Shown: piece by piece, positions 11,048-19,941 of the stretch
Layout: every line of letters starts with the position of its first letter
Numbering within the stretch: position 1 is the stretch's first letter
Assembly (NCBI GenBank): GCA_963676795.2
Contig: CAXXTB010000002.1
Location: 128,001 to 192,000 of the forward strand
Source: Geopsychrobacteraceae bacterium
GTDB taxonomy: Bacteria > Desulfobacterota > Desulfuromonadia > Desulfuromonadales > Geopsychrobacteraceae
Direction of reading: 5' to 3'
DNA length: 64,000 nucleotides
Notes under the pieces: generated by a model
Database searches by the model: none
What the model saw: the letters and a program-made list of their open reading frames with translations, nothing else
Told to the model about the DNA's origin: nothing
Program-made: the position numbers and the translations under genes

Positions 11048-11056
11048 TTATCCACA
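11048..11056 (+). promoter_or_regulatory. DnaA box upstream of nrdD
   Basis: Perfect TTATCCACA. Confidence 0.5.
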
Positions 11057-11074
11057 GGATATTTACAAGTTTTT

Positions 11075-11122
11075 CTCCAATATATGGTGCATTGAAAATG
11101 TTTATGGCACTAGATATTGTGT
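11075..11122 (+). promoter_or_regulatory. Tandem NrdR boxes
   Basis: CTCCAATATATGGTGC (11075-11090) and GCACTAGATATTGTGT (11107-11122), 32 bp apart, match acaCwAtATaTwGtgt upstream of an RNR. Confidence 0.85.
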
Positions 11123-11250
11123 TTTTTGCCCTTGAAATATCCATCTGCTGTGATAGTCTCGACTCTTGTGTGAGGTTTCCATTCTGATGGGGTCAATGCT
11201 GATCCTCTTTTATAAATTTCTACCCAACAATGAATCGTCGGGAGGGGAGT

Positions 11251-13239
11251 ATGCTCGAATTTATCCGCAAGCGTGACGGGCGTCTGGTTCCGTTTGAAAA
11301 GCCGAAAATCGCCAATGCCATCATCAAGGCTGTCAAGGCCGTTGGAGGAACCGACTTCCAGAAGGCCGAAGAGATCACCGGCCAGGTCAGCGGCATCCTG
11401 TCTGTTCTTTATAAGGACGGGCGCTATCCGTCCGTTGAGAATGTCCAGGATCTGGTTGAGAAGATTCTCATTGAGAATGGTCATGCCCAGACCGCCAAAG
11501 CCTATATCCTTTACCGCAAGCAGCACGAATCGTTGCGCCAGACCCGTGAATTCATGCAGCAGTCGATCGAAGCGATCGATTCCTACCTGGTCAAAGAGGA
11601 TTGGCGCGTCAATGAAAACGCCAACATGGGATATTCGCTGCAGGGGCTCAATAACCATATCGCGTCCAATATTACCAGCAACTACTGGCTGAACAAAATC
11701 TACCCAAGCGATGTTGCCGATGCCCATCGCGACGGCGATTACCATATCCACGATCTCGGTCTGCTGTCGGTCTACTGCTGCGGCTGGGATCTCAAGGATC
11801 TGATGCTCAAAGGGTTCACCGGGGCCTACGGCAAGGTGCAGAGCGCTCCGCCAAAACATTTTCGCACCGCGCTCGGTCAGGCTGTCAACTTCTTCTACAC
11901 CCTGCAGGGGGAGGCGGCCGGGGCCCAGGCCTTTGCCAACTTCGATACCCTGCTGGCGCCCTTCATCGCCTATGACGAACTCTCCTATGAAGAGGTCAAG
12001 CAGTCGCTGCAGGAGTTCGTCTTCAATATGAACGTACCGACCCGGGTCGGGTTCCAGACGCCGTTCACCAATATCACCATGGATATGATGCCACCGGCCA
12101 ATATGAAGAACGAGGCGGTGGTCATCGGCGGCCAGCTGATGGATCGCTGCTATGGGGAGTTCCAGGCGGAGATGGACCTGCTCAACCGGGCTTTCTGCGA
12201 GGTGATGATGCAGGGGGACGCCTCGGGGCGGATCTTCTCCTTTCCGATTCCGACCTACAACATCACCAAAGAACTCGATTGGGAGAGCGATCGCCTCAAG
12301 CCGGTCTGGGAGATGACCGCCAAGTACGGCATCCCTTACTTCAGCAACTTTGTTAACTCCGATATGGACCCGGAAGATGCGCGCTCCATGTGTTGTCGTC
12401 TGCGTCTCGATAACCGTGAGCTGCGCCGCCGCGGCGGCGGGCTGTTCGGCTCCAACCCGATGACCGGTTCGATCGGCGTCGTCACCATCAACCTGCCGCG
12501 CGCCGCCTACCTGGAGCAGGACAAGCAGGGGTTCTTCGCGCGGATTTCCCGGCTGATGAACCTCGCTCATCAGTCGCTTGAGATCAAGCGCAAGCAGCTT
12601 GAACGTTTCACCGACGACGGGCTTTACCCGTTCAGCAAATTCTATCTGAACGCCATCCGTGAGCGCAGCGGCAGCTACTGGGACAACCACTTCTCGACCA
12701 TCGGTCTGATCGGCATGCATGAAGCCTGTCTCAACCTGTTGGGTGAAGGGATCGATTCCGAAGCCGGCAAGGCCCTGGCCCAGGAAACCCTGAATTTCAT
12801 GCGCACCCAGTTGGAGGCGTTCCAGGAGGAGACCGGGCATCTTTACAATCTCGAGGCGACACCGGCCGAGGGGACCAGCTTCCGGTTGGCCAATGCCGAC
12901 CGTCAGCTCTATCCGGAGATTGTCTGTGCCGGAACCGACGAGCCTTATTACACCAATTCAACCCAGCTCCCGGTCGGGACCACCGAAGATATCTTCGAGG
13001 CCCTGACCCATCAGGATCAGATGCAGACCCTCTATACCGGCGGAACCGTCTTTCACGGGTTCCTCGGCGAACGGCTTGAAGACTGGCGCAGCGCGCGTCT
13101 GCTGGTCAAGCGGATTGCCGAGAACTTTCATCTGCCCTATTTCACCCTGAGCCCGACATTCACCGTCTGTCCGGTTCATGGCTATATTGCAGGAGAGCAC
13201 TTTGCATGTCCCCACCACGCTGAGGGGAAAGCGGCCTGA
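11251..13239 (+). CDS. nrdD: Class III (anaerobic) ribonucleoside-triphosphate reductase, large polypeptide with ATP cone, lacking the glycyl-radical loop
   Basis: IRKRDGR ATP cone, HIHDL, YCCGW, RSMCCRL, GSIGVVTINLP, EATPAEG, YYTNS; ends CPVHG..CPHH without YSRxxG. Confidence 0.95.
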   Translation: MLEFIRKRDGRLVPFEKPKIANAIIKAVKAVGGTDFQKAEEITGQVSGILSVLYKDGRYPSVENVQDLVEKILIENGHAQTAKAYILYRKQHESLRQTREFMQQSIEAIDSYLVKEDWRVNENANMGYSLQGLNNHIASNITSNYWLNKIYPSDVADAHRDGDYHIHDLGLLSVYCCGWDLKDLMLKGFTGAYGKVQSAPPKHFRTALGQAVNFFYTLQGEAAGAQAFANFDTLLAPFIAYDELSYEEVKQSLQEFVFNMNVPTRVGFQTPFTNITMDMMPPANMKNEAVVIGGQLMDRCYGEFQAEMDLLNRAFCEVMMQGDASGRIFSFPIPTYNITKELDWESDRLKPVWEMTAKYGIPYFSNFVNSDMDPEDARSMCCRLRLDNRELRRRGGGLFGSNPMTGSIGVVTINLPRAAYLEQDKQGFFARISRLMNLAHQSLEIKRKQLERFTDDGLYPFSKFYLNAIRERSGSYWDNHFSTIGLIGMHEACLNLLGEGIDSEAGKALAQETLNFMRTQLEAFQEETGHLYNLEATPAEGTSFRLANADRQLYPEIVCAGTDEPYYTNSTQLPVGTTEDIFEALTHQDQMQTLYTGGTVFHGFLGERLEDWRSARLLVKRIAENFHLPYFTLSPTFTVCPVHGYIAGEHFACPHHAEGKAA

Positions 13240-13266
13240 TGGTCATACTCGTAAAGGAGACGTTCA

Positions 13267-13413
13267 ATGGCAACCAAGTGTGATGCGAAAACAGAGGTTT
13301 ATTCAAGGGTTTGTGGCTTCTTTCGCCCCGTTCAGCAGTGGAATAAGGGGAAGAAGGAAGAATTCAAGGATCGTTCCGAATATGTCGTTAACACCAAGGA
13401 AATACAGCGCTGA
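13267..13413 (+). CDS. Stand-alone NrdD glycyl-radical domain (48 aa; missed by ORF track)
   Basis: MATKCDAKTEVYSRVCGFFRPVQQWNKGKKEEFKDR...; own AAAGGAG RBS. Confidence 0.9.
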   Translation: MATKCDAKTEVYSRVCGFFRPVQQWNKGKKEEFKDRSEYVVNTKEIQR

Positions 13414-14114
13414 AAACTCTAATTGTCAAAGGCTTTCAGGGGACCAGTCTGCTCGATTTTCCCGGCCGGGTTGCGGCTCTGGTGTTTACCGGTGGCTGCA
13501 ACCTGACCTGCCCTTTTTGTCATAACGGTGAGCTGGTTCTCAACCCGCAGGCCTATCCCGATTTTCCGTTGGACGAGTTGCTGGCAGACCTGGAAAAACG
13601 CCAAGGCTTTATTGATGGGGTCGTTGTTTCGGGCGGAGAACCGACCATCGATGCGGGTCTGCCGGCATTTTTAGCGCAGCTCAAACAGCGTGGATTCGAG
13701 GTCAAGCTCGATAGTAACGGACTTTTGCCCGAGGTTCTGGACCTGTTGCTGGAGCGCCGGTTGGTCGATTATTATGCCATCGACATCAAGACCTCGCCTC
13801 TGCGCTATTCGGAGCTGCATACCCATCCGGTGAATGCCGCCAATCTGCGCCGGACTGTTGAGCTGCTCAAGCAGGCCGATGTCGAGGTAGAATTCCGGAC
13901 CACCTGTGTACCGGGGCTGGTTGAAGCCGCGGACATCGAGCAGATAGGGGCACTGCTGCGCGGGGCACCACTCTGGGTTCTGCAGCAGTTTGTCGCGACC
14001 TATGCCATGGTTGATGAATGGCAGGATCTTCAAAGCCACAGCAGTGCCCGCCTTGAAGAATTTGCCCGCTGTGCCGAAAACTATGTTGCCAAGGTTGAGC
14101 TGCGCGGACTCTGA
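13410..14114 (+). CDS. nrdG: Anaerobic RNR activating radical-SAM protein
   Basis: KGFQGTSLLDFPG, CNLTCPFCHN, SGGEPT, KLDSNG, EFRTT; conserved N-terminus lies upstream of the first GTG (13482), so the start is probably CTG 13410 or ATT 13422. Confidence 0.88.
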   Translation: MKTLIVKGFQGTSLLDFPGRVAALVFTGGCNLTCPFCHNGELVLNPQAYPDFPLDELLADLEKRQGFIDGVVVSGGEPTIDAGLPAFLAQLKQRGFEVKLDSNGLLPEVLDLLLERRLVDYYAIDIKTSPLRYSELHTHPVNAANLRRTVELLKQADVEVEFRTTCVPGLVEAADIEQIGALLRGAPLWVLQQFVATYAMVDEWQDLQSHSSARLEEFARCAENYVAKVELRGL

Positions 14115-14123
14115 GTCGCTTGC

Positions 14124-14468
14124 TTACTGAACCGTTGTGTGTTTGCAGCAGGCTTGGGCGTGAGGACAGCTGTCCCTGTTTCTGCCGCACCTGATCTTGT
14201 CTTCAACATCGCAAGCCATTTCACTCCAGGCCCTGCGGCAGTAGATGGCCGGGATCTTTCTCCCCTTGACCTGGCGTTTGATGTTCTTGGCTGCATCGTG
14301 ACTGAGAAAGTCGGTGCAGAAGATCACCAGTTCTGTCCTTTTGGGAATGGTGCCCTTGCTGGCCCGGCGGTTTCGGGTGTCCCAATGGAGAATTTCCTCG
14401 ACACCAAGGTCCTTCAGGCGAGGGACAAGGGGTGCGACCCTGTCAGCACCGATAATCAATACGGTCAT
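14124..14468 (-). CDS. DUF2325-domain protein with Cys-rich tail
   Basis: VLIIGAD...HW..R...IP...VIFCTDFLSH...K....IP.IYCRR; AGGAGG RBS. Confidence 0.8.
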   Translation of the reverse strand: MTVLIIGADRVAPLVPRLKDLGVEEILHWDTRNRRASKGTIPKRTELVIFCTDFLSHDAAKNIKRQVKGRKIPAIYCRRAWSEMACDVEDKIRCGRNRDSCPHAQACCKHTTVQ

Positions 14469-14487
14469 GGTATTCCTCCTTGCCGGG

Positions 14488-15264
14488 TCAATGACCCACA
14501 CATCTCAGCTTGTTTGGTGAGGCGCAGCAACAGCGTTGCTCTAAGCCGTCCAGATAGTTTTCCAGCTTTGAGACATCGTCGAATTCTATCAGGCCGCGCT
14601 GATAGCGGATCAGCCCCTGGTCGGCCAGCTTGTGGATCGAGCGCGACAGGGTTTCCCGGGCAATCCCCAGTTCCTGGGCCGTGACTGTGGTCGGGCGCAG
14701 ATCGATACTGACCGGCAGTCTGTCCGTCTGGGCCAGGTACAGCAGGTAGGCCGCAACCTTGATATCTGCTTTACAACACTGGGAGAGGGTTCTCATCTGG
14801 CGTTCCTGTACGACCTGGTCAGCCATCAGCCTGGCGAGGTCGGGATAGACGCCAGGGTTGTTGCGGATAAATTCTTCGAATTGTGCCTTGGACCAGGAGA
14901 GGACCTCTGTCAGATTGGTGGTGACGCACTGGTTGAGACCGCTGCGCCCGGAGAAAAGGGTTGTCAGGCAGAAGAACTGGCCTTTAATAACACGGCGCAA
15001 TAAACATTCCTGGCCGTCGGGAGTATGGCGCAGCAGGCGAACCTCTCCGGAGAGAAGAAAGAATGCCTTTTTTGTCAGTTCTTCGGGGTTGATCCGGTTG
15101 CTGCGGCCTTTAAAAATCTCGATTCTGGCAGTTTCCAGGAGACCGTCAATGGCTGCAGGAGCAACATTGGCCAGCAGTGGGGTTTTGCGTAACAGCAGAG
15201 CACGGTGCGGTGATATCCTGTCTCCTTTGGCAGGATGGTACAAAGGGACAGTATGTGAAGTCAT
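14488..15264 (-). CDS. Crp/Fnr family transcriptional regulator
   Basis: LLSGEVRL cNMP-binding barrel, AQELGIARETLSR HTH. Confidence 0.85.
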   Translation of the reverse strand: MTSHTVPLYHPAKGDRISPHRALLLRKTPLLANVAPAAIDGLLETARIEIFKGRSNRINPEELTKKAFFLLSGEVRLLRHTPDGQECLLRRVIKGQFFCLTTLFSGRSGLNQCVTTNLTEVLSWSKAQFEEFIRNNPGVYPDLARLMADQVVQERQMRTLSQCCKADIKVAAYLLYLAQTDRLPVSIDLRPTTVTAQELGIARETLSRSIHKLADQGLIRYQRGLIEFDDVSKLENYLDGLEQRCCCASPNKLRCVGH

Positions 15265-15284
15265 TGGCGTAGATCCTTGTTGAG

Positions 15285-15299
15285 TGAAAACGCTTATCA
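15285..15299. promoter_or_regulatory. Putative Fur box
   Basis: TGAAAAC-G-CTTATCA versus 7-1-7 consensus TGATAAT-n-ATTATCA, just upstream of the Crp/Fnr start. Confidence 0.55.
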
Positions 15300-15339
15300 A
15301 TATCACCTTGGAGGCAGAAAAAAGCAAGCGAATTGTGCT

Positions 15340-15374
15340 AAAGCGGCAGTCCAATTTCCTGGAACTGCCGCTTT
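15340..15374 (-). terminator. Rho-independent terminator after the porin
   Basis: AAAGCGGCAGT...ACTGCCGCTTT stem. Confidence 0.6.
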
Positions 15375-15387
15375 GACTGTTCAGTTG

Positions 15388-16404
15388 TTAAAATTCCAAA
15401 GCCAGCAGGCAGGTCAGGGTGTCAGCCGATTCATCTTCATAGCCTTCATCGTGAGCGTATTCAAGGCTCAGGTTGAGACCGTCGATCAGATCAACGCCGA
15501 AGCTGGCCAGGTAGCGCTCTTCCGCCAGGCCAAAGTCGGCCGCTTCGTCCGTAGCCTGATAGCCGACCGCGACAACAGCGGACTTCTCCGCGACTTCAAA
15601 GGCATAGTTCAGCTCAATGTTGTAGGCTGAAGGTTCGGCATCCGTCGTGTCGTCATAGTCGTCGCTGAGAACGACGATGTACTCGCCGATCAGGGTGAAG
15701 TCAGCCAAACTTGCAACAAGGCTGAAGGCGGCACCGGACGTTGGTTCGGCCTCGTCATAATCGCCGAACGCTCCAGCGGAGAGGATATTGCTGATCCAGC
15801 CGGCGTTCAGGGAGAGGGTGAAGCTTTCCGTTTCTAGGGCATAGCCAATGTCAAGGCCAAAGCTGTTGATGTTGTCGTCATCGGCCTCATCGTCGAGGCC
15901 ATTGAAGAGGTAGGCGCTGGCGCTCAGGCCGTTGGCGCTGTAGCTGACGACTGCAGAGCCTTCGTTTGTTTCGCCCAGTTCCAAGGTCAGCGGGTCGCTG
16001 ATCATCGCGGTCTCATAGACGCCGAAGGGGACGTAGAGACGGCCGACGGTCAGGGACAGTCCTTCTTCACTGTTGCCGAAGACGATACCGCCCTCGTCGA
16101 GGCCGAAGGAATCCTCCTCGGAATCCCAGGTCATGACGCCGAAAGCGCTGATGCTGTCGCTTAGGGAGACGTCGATGCCGAGATCGAAGGTGCTCAGGTC
16201 GATATCTGATGCAGTGGCTTCGTCGCTATCGCTGTAAAAGGCCTCCGCTTCAATGGCGCCTGAGATCTCGATGTTTTTGAACAGGGAACCATCAAGGGCT
16301 TTTTCGACTTTGTCGAGGCGTTCGGACAGGACCATGTTGCTGTCAGCCCAGGCGCTGGCGGTTGACAGGGTCAGGATAAATAGCAGGATAATTATTTTTT
16401 TCAT
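15388..16404 (-). CDS. LbtU-like outer-membrane porin
   Basis: Signal peptide, short coiled coil, ISGAIEAEA, GRLYVPFG.YET.MISDPLTLELGET.E, C-terminal F. Confidence 0.8.
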   Translation of the reverse strand: MKKIIILLFILTLSTASAWADSNMVLSERLDKVEKALDGSLFKNIEISGAIEAEAFYSDSDEATASDIDLSTFDLGIDVSLSDSISAFGVMTWDSEEDSFGLDEGGIVFGNSEEGLSLTVGRLYVPFGVYETAMISDPLTLELGETNEGSAVVSYSANGLSASAYLFNGLDDEADDDNINSFGLDIGYALETESFTLSLNAGWISNILSAGAFGDYDEAEPTSGAAFSLVASLADFTLIGEYIVVLSDDYDDTTDAEPSAYNIELNYAFEVAEKSAVVAVGYQATDEAADFGLAEERYLASFGVDLIDGLNLSLEYAHDEGYEDESADTLTCLLALEF

Positions 16405-16514
16405 CTGTTGCCTTTCATGTCGCACAAAAAATGTAAAGAGGCCAGGTCATGGCGGTTGAGTGACGACTTTACGGAGAGCAGACAGAAAAAACTGTGACGC
16501 GGATCACGATTTGC

Positions 16515-16534
16515 GAAAACGAAAACGATTATCA
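16515..16534. promoter_or_regulatory. Putative Fur box upstream of the porin
   Basis: GAAAACGAAAACGATTATCA resembles GATAATGATAATCATTATC. Confidence 0.6.
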
Positions 16535-16556
16535 GGTTGGGGCTGGTGAAAAGTTT

Positions 16557-16808
16557 TCAGTTGACCTTATGGCAGAAAAGGCAGCGGGCTTTGGTTGGAT
16601 GATCCTCGGGAAAGGCGACCTGGTCCGGATTGTGGCAGTCGCTACAGAATTTCTCGGCGGCCTTTTTGCCGTCGCTTTTTACCAGCTCAAGAAGATGCTG
16701 GTGGTTTTCATCCTGGGGAACATGGCTGGTCGACTCCTCCGGCGCCATCCACAGAAAAACGATGATGGCAACAGCGACAATGAACAGAAAAATATCACGC
16801 TTTTTCAT
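16557..16808 (-). CDS. Small membrane-anchored diheme c-type cytochrome
   Basis: N-terminal TM/signal, CSDCH and CLFCH, additional His residues. Confidence 0.8.
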   Translation of the reverse strand: MKKRDIFLFIVAVAIIVFLWMAPEESTSHVPQDENHQHLLELVKSDGKKAAEKFCSDCHNPDQVAFPEDHPTKARCLFCHKVN

Positions 16809-16837
16809 AGCGGGTTCCTTGCTGGAAACTTGTGGAT

Positions 16838-17170
16838 TTATTCTGACTTGACGAACAGCAGGTAGATGAACAGCGCAACGACAACGGCTCCGCCGCCGAC
16901 CACGATCCAGATCCCGCCGCCTTCGATCCCCTCGGTTCCCGTTCCCTTGCCGATGGCAAAAGAGAGCAACAGGGTGAAACCGCCGATACCGACAATAGTC
17001 GCGCAGATTTTACGGAAACCGATGAAATAGGTCAGCAGGATGACGATAACAAAGCTACCAATGAACCAGGGATTGGTTTTCAGATCACCGAAGTTCCAGT
17101 CCTGTAGTTGCTGTATGATGTTGTCGGTGCGGAATCTGACCAGGAAGTCAGTGACGTCTGTCCAACTCAT
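16838..17170 (-). CDS. Hypothetical membrane protein (3 TM)
   Basis: Hydrophobic ORF with AGGAG RBS. Confidence 0.7.
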   Translation of the reverse strand: MSWTDVTDFLVRFRTDNIIQQLQDWNFGDLKTNPWFIGSFVIVILLTYFIGFRKICATIVGIGGFTLLLSFAIGKGTGTEGIEGGGIWIVVGGGAVVVALFIYLLFVKSE

Positions 17171-17247
17171 AGGATCTCCTTATTGGAATTTGCTCAAAAT
17201 ATTACCAGAATGTCCGCCCCGGTGAAAGCGATAAAAGCCCGAAAATC

Positions 17248-17276
17248 TTGACTTTGCCAAGGGGGTTCAATAGGAT
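17248..17276 (+). promoter_or_regulatory. Putative sigma70 promoter of murI
   Basis: TTGACT-N17-TAGGAT. Confidence 0.5.
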
Positions 17277-17326
17277 GAGCAACCTGTTCCGAGGTTGTCA
17301 GCTGGGCTGTTTTTTCAGGAGTTTTC

Positions 17327-18121
17327 GTGCGCTATAGATCGATCGGCATATTTGATTCAGGGGTAGGGGGCTTGACGGTCTTCAAAGAGATTGCCAGGTT
17401 ACTGCCCAGGGAGAACCTGGTTTATCTTGGTGATACGGCCCGTGTGCCCTACGGTTCAAAAAGCGAGATCACGGTGCAGCGTTATGCACTCGAAGCCGCG
17501 GATTTTCTCGTTGAAAAAGGGGTGAAGATGCTGGTCGTAGCCTGCAATACGGCTTCTGCCGTCGCTCTTCCGGCCCTGCGCAAGCGCTTCAATCTGCCGG
17601 TCATCGGGGTTATCGAACCGGGCGCCCGCCGCGCCGCCCAAAGCCTGAACCGGCGCATCGGCGTCATCGGCACCGAAGGGACGATCAACAGCGGACGTTA
17701 CCCTGAAGCGATACACGGCCTCTTGCCAGACGCGCGAATCTATTCGGCGGCCTGTCCTCTTTTTGTCCCCCTTGCTGAAGAAGGCTGGTCTGATCACGAT
17801 ATTGCCCGCCTGACCGCTATCGAATATCTGCGTCCACTGATGGGGGCCGGAATCGATACCCTGGTTCTCGGCTGTACCCACTATCCACTGTTACGGAACA
17901 CCCTGCAGAAGGTTCTCGGGCCGGAGGTCCAGCTGGTCGATTCCGCGGAAGAGACGGCCAAGGCGGTTTTGCAGCTGTTCCGCGAGCAGGGGCTGGAACA
18001 TCCCGACAGCGGCGGCCTGCGGGAATTCTATGTCACCGACGTTCCTGCGCGTTTTGAACGGGTCGGCCAGGCCTTTCTGCAGGGTGAAAAAATCCGGGCA
18101 ACCCAGGTGGAACTCGGTTAG
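17327..18121 (+). CDS. murI: Glutamate racemase
   Basis: FDSGVGGLTV, PYG.KS, VACNTAS, LGCTHYP. Confidence 0.97.
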   Translation: MRYRSIGIFDSGVGGLTVFKEIARLLPRENLVYLGDTARVPYGSKSEITVQRYALEAADFLVEKGVKMLVVACNTASAVALPALRKRFNLPVIGVIEPGARRAAQSLNRRIGVIGTEGTINSGRYPEAIHGLLPDARIYSAACPLFVPLAEEGWSDHDIARLTAIEYLRPLMGAGIDTLVLGCTHYPLLRNTLQKVLGPEVQLVDSAEETAKAVLQLFREQGLEHPDSGGLREFYVTDVPARFERVGQAFLQGEKIRATQVELG

Positions 18122-18139
18122 TCATTTCAGGAGTCAACG

Positions 18140-18760
18140 ATGAAAAAGCTGCTGATAGGGTTGGTTATCGTCCTGTTGCTCGGCCTCGGGGGCGGGTACT
18201 TTTTCGGCTGGTATTTTCAACCTCGGCAGGACCAGGTCGCCGAGCTTCCAGTTGTCGCTGAGGAGCCTCTGCCGGAGCAGGAAGTTCAGCTGTTTTTCGC
18301 TTCCCGGGATGACGGTCTGCTCGTGCAGGAAACGGTCATGATCCCGGCCTGCAGCACTGACAACGATTGCGTGCGCAGCCTGTTAACGGCCCTTGTCGCC
18401 GGATCTCAGCACAACGGGTTGGCCGTGCTGCCCGCACAGACCCGCCTGCTCGGGGCTGAGATCGAGAATGATCTGGTGCGCCTCAACTTTTCCGACGAAC
18501 TGGTCAACTTCCATCCCGGGGGAAGCCTTTCCGAATTACAAACTATCTACAGTATGGCGAACAGTTTGAGTGTCAGCTTTCCCTATCTCCGTCAGGTACA
18601 GATTCTGATCGCGGGGGAGGTGCGTCAGACCCTCAAAGGGCACGCCCGGATCGATCAGCCGGTTTATGCCGATTACAGCCTCAATAGCCAGGGCCTGGTG
18701 CCGCAGAAACAGCCTGGCCTGTCGATCGACGGGCTGATCGAGGAGGCCGTAGAGAATTAG
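18140..18760 (+). CDS. GerMN-domain protein
   Basis: N-terminal TM, LP..T.LL, NFS, GGS..E..IYSMANSL, VQILI.G, L.GH; murI-GerMN synteny. Confidence 0.8.
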   Translation: MKKLLIGLVIVLLLGLGGGYFFGWYFQPRQDQVAELPVVAEEPLPEQEVQLFFASRDDGLLVQETVMIPACSTDNDCVRSLLTALVAGSQHNGLAVLPAQTRLLGAEIENDLVRLNFSDELVNFHPGGSLSELQTIYSMANSLSVSFPYLRQVQILIAGEVRQTLKGHARIDQPVYADYSLNSQGLVPQKQPGLSIDGLIEEAVEN

Positions 18761-18896
18761 CCTTGCAGCATTCTTGACTTTGTGTTTCTATTTCTCAGAT
18801 TCAACTTTAATTTCGATTATTTAATGTTTTGTTGCGAGGAACTATCCGGCATCCCGGTTTATTTACCAGGGGCTGGGCTGCCATCAAGAGGCTGAC

Positions 18897-19430
18897 ATGA
18901 TCGTAGGTTTTAATCACAATATTTCCTACCGTGGAACTGTTTTTCATGTGCAGACCGAAGACAGCGGACTGAAAAAGCCTCAGCTGATCACCCTGCTTTA
19001 CCACAGCGGCACCATTATCACGTCGCAGAAGACGCTTTATGCCGACATTATCAAGGTCGACAATCTAGACCAGGTTGTCGAAGAGCTGGCCAAGGATCAG
19101 CATAAAGGGATGCTGAAGCGTCTGACCAAGGGGGAGTTCGATGAGCGGATTGTCGCGCTTGGGATTCCGCTGGACGGTGTTGCCGCCGCTGCAAAAAGCC
19201 AGGTAGAGGCTGGTGCAGAACCTGTCTCGGTGAATGAGCCTCCGCAGCCACTTGCGTCACCTCAGAGCGTATCCCCGTCAGTAGCTGTGGACACTGAACC
19301 TGTCCGTAATGCGGAAGAGGTAAAGATTGTCGAAGAGCCGACCGTCGATCGTTTTCAGAAGAAGGCGCCGGTTCAGAGTCTGGATGAGCTGATTCTCAGT
19401 TATCTGACGGCAGGGCAGAAAAAAGCCTGA
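18897..19430 (+). CDS. Conserved hypothetical protein
   Basis: GFNHNISY.G.VFHVQTEDSG N-terminus and SLDELILSYL C-terminus typical of a deltaproteobacterial family. Confidence 0.75.
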   Translation: MIVGFNHNISYRGTVFHVQTEDSGLKKPQLITLLYHSGTIITSQKTLYADIIKVDNLDQVVEELAKDQHKGMLKRLTKGEFDERIVALGIPLDGVAAAAKSQVEAGAEPVSVNEPPQPLASPQSVSPSVAVDTEPVRNAEEVKIVEEPTVDRFQKKAPVQSLDELILSYLTAGQKKA

Positions 19431-19431
19431 G

Positions 19432-19941
19432 TCACTTTACATCCGTTTTCCATAGTCCCAGGCCATTACGGCGGGCTCTGGCTTCATCATCAAGAAACCG
19501 TTCTTTTTTCGTGAATGAAAACCTCCGGTAGACTGTCGCCAGCCCCATCTCCAGAAGCTGTTCATTCAGTAACTCGCCATTGTTCAGATAGACATAGGCG
19601 AGGTAGCGGCCGTATTTGTCTTTTTCCGTCCCGTCAGTTGTCAGACAGACTCTCTCCCCTTTGATCTCATCGATCAGATAACTTTTCCCCTGGCGGGCGA
19701 TGTTGCGCAGTACATGCGGGGGAATGGCAAAACTGCGTTGATAGTAGCGATCCCGCTCCGAGGCCAGGGTTTCCGGGGTGTCGATGCCAAGTAGTCTGAC
19801 CTTGCCGATGCTCTCAACCTTGAGCGTGTCGCCGTCGTAAATCCACGAAACCCGGCCACAGAGTTCTTGCGCGCCAAGGGGGGCAGCCGCCAGCAGGCTG
19901 TACAGCACTAGCCATGGCAGGATGCGGGCAAACGGATTCAA
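19432..19941 (-). CDS. Thermonuclease (SNase) family protein
   Basis: DGDT, VRLLGIDTPE, DKYGR.LAYVY, AR...GLW. Confidence 0.92.
   Translation of the reverse strand: MNPFARILPWLVLYSLLAAAPLGAQELCGRVSWIYDGDTLKVESIGKVRLLGIDTPETLASERDRYYQRSFAIPPHVLRNIARQGKSYLIDEIKGERVCLTTDGTEKDKYGRYLAYVYLNNGELLNEQLLEMGLATVYRRFSFTKKERFLDDEARARRNGLGLWKTDVK

Noticed and set aside
11110..12840. Long antisense ORFs (576 aa here; also 3331-4551, 34496-36199, 56638-57969, 58975-60288, 61675-63168)
   Set aside because: Shadow frames opposite well-supported genes in GC-rich coding DNA; no motifs
13237..13266. Selenocysteine or stop read-through joining nrdD to the radical peptide
   Set aside because: A second in-frame stop (TAA 13252) intervenes, the peptide has its own RBS, and no SECIS-like hairpin is evident
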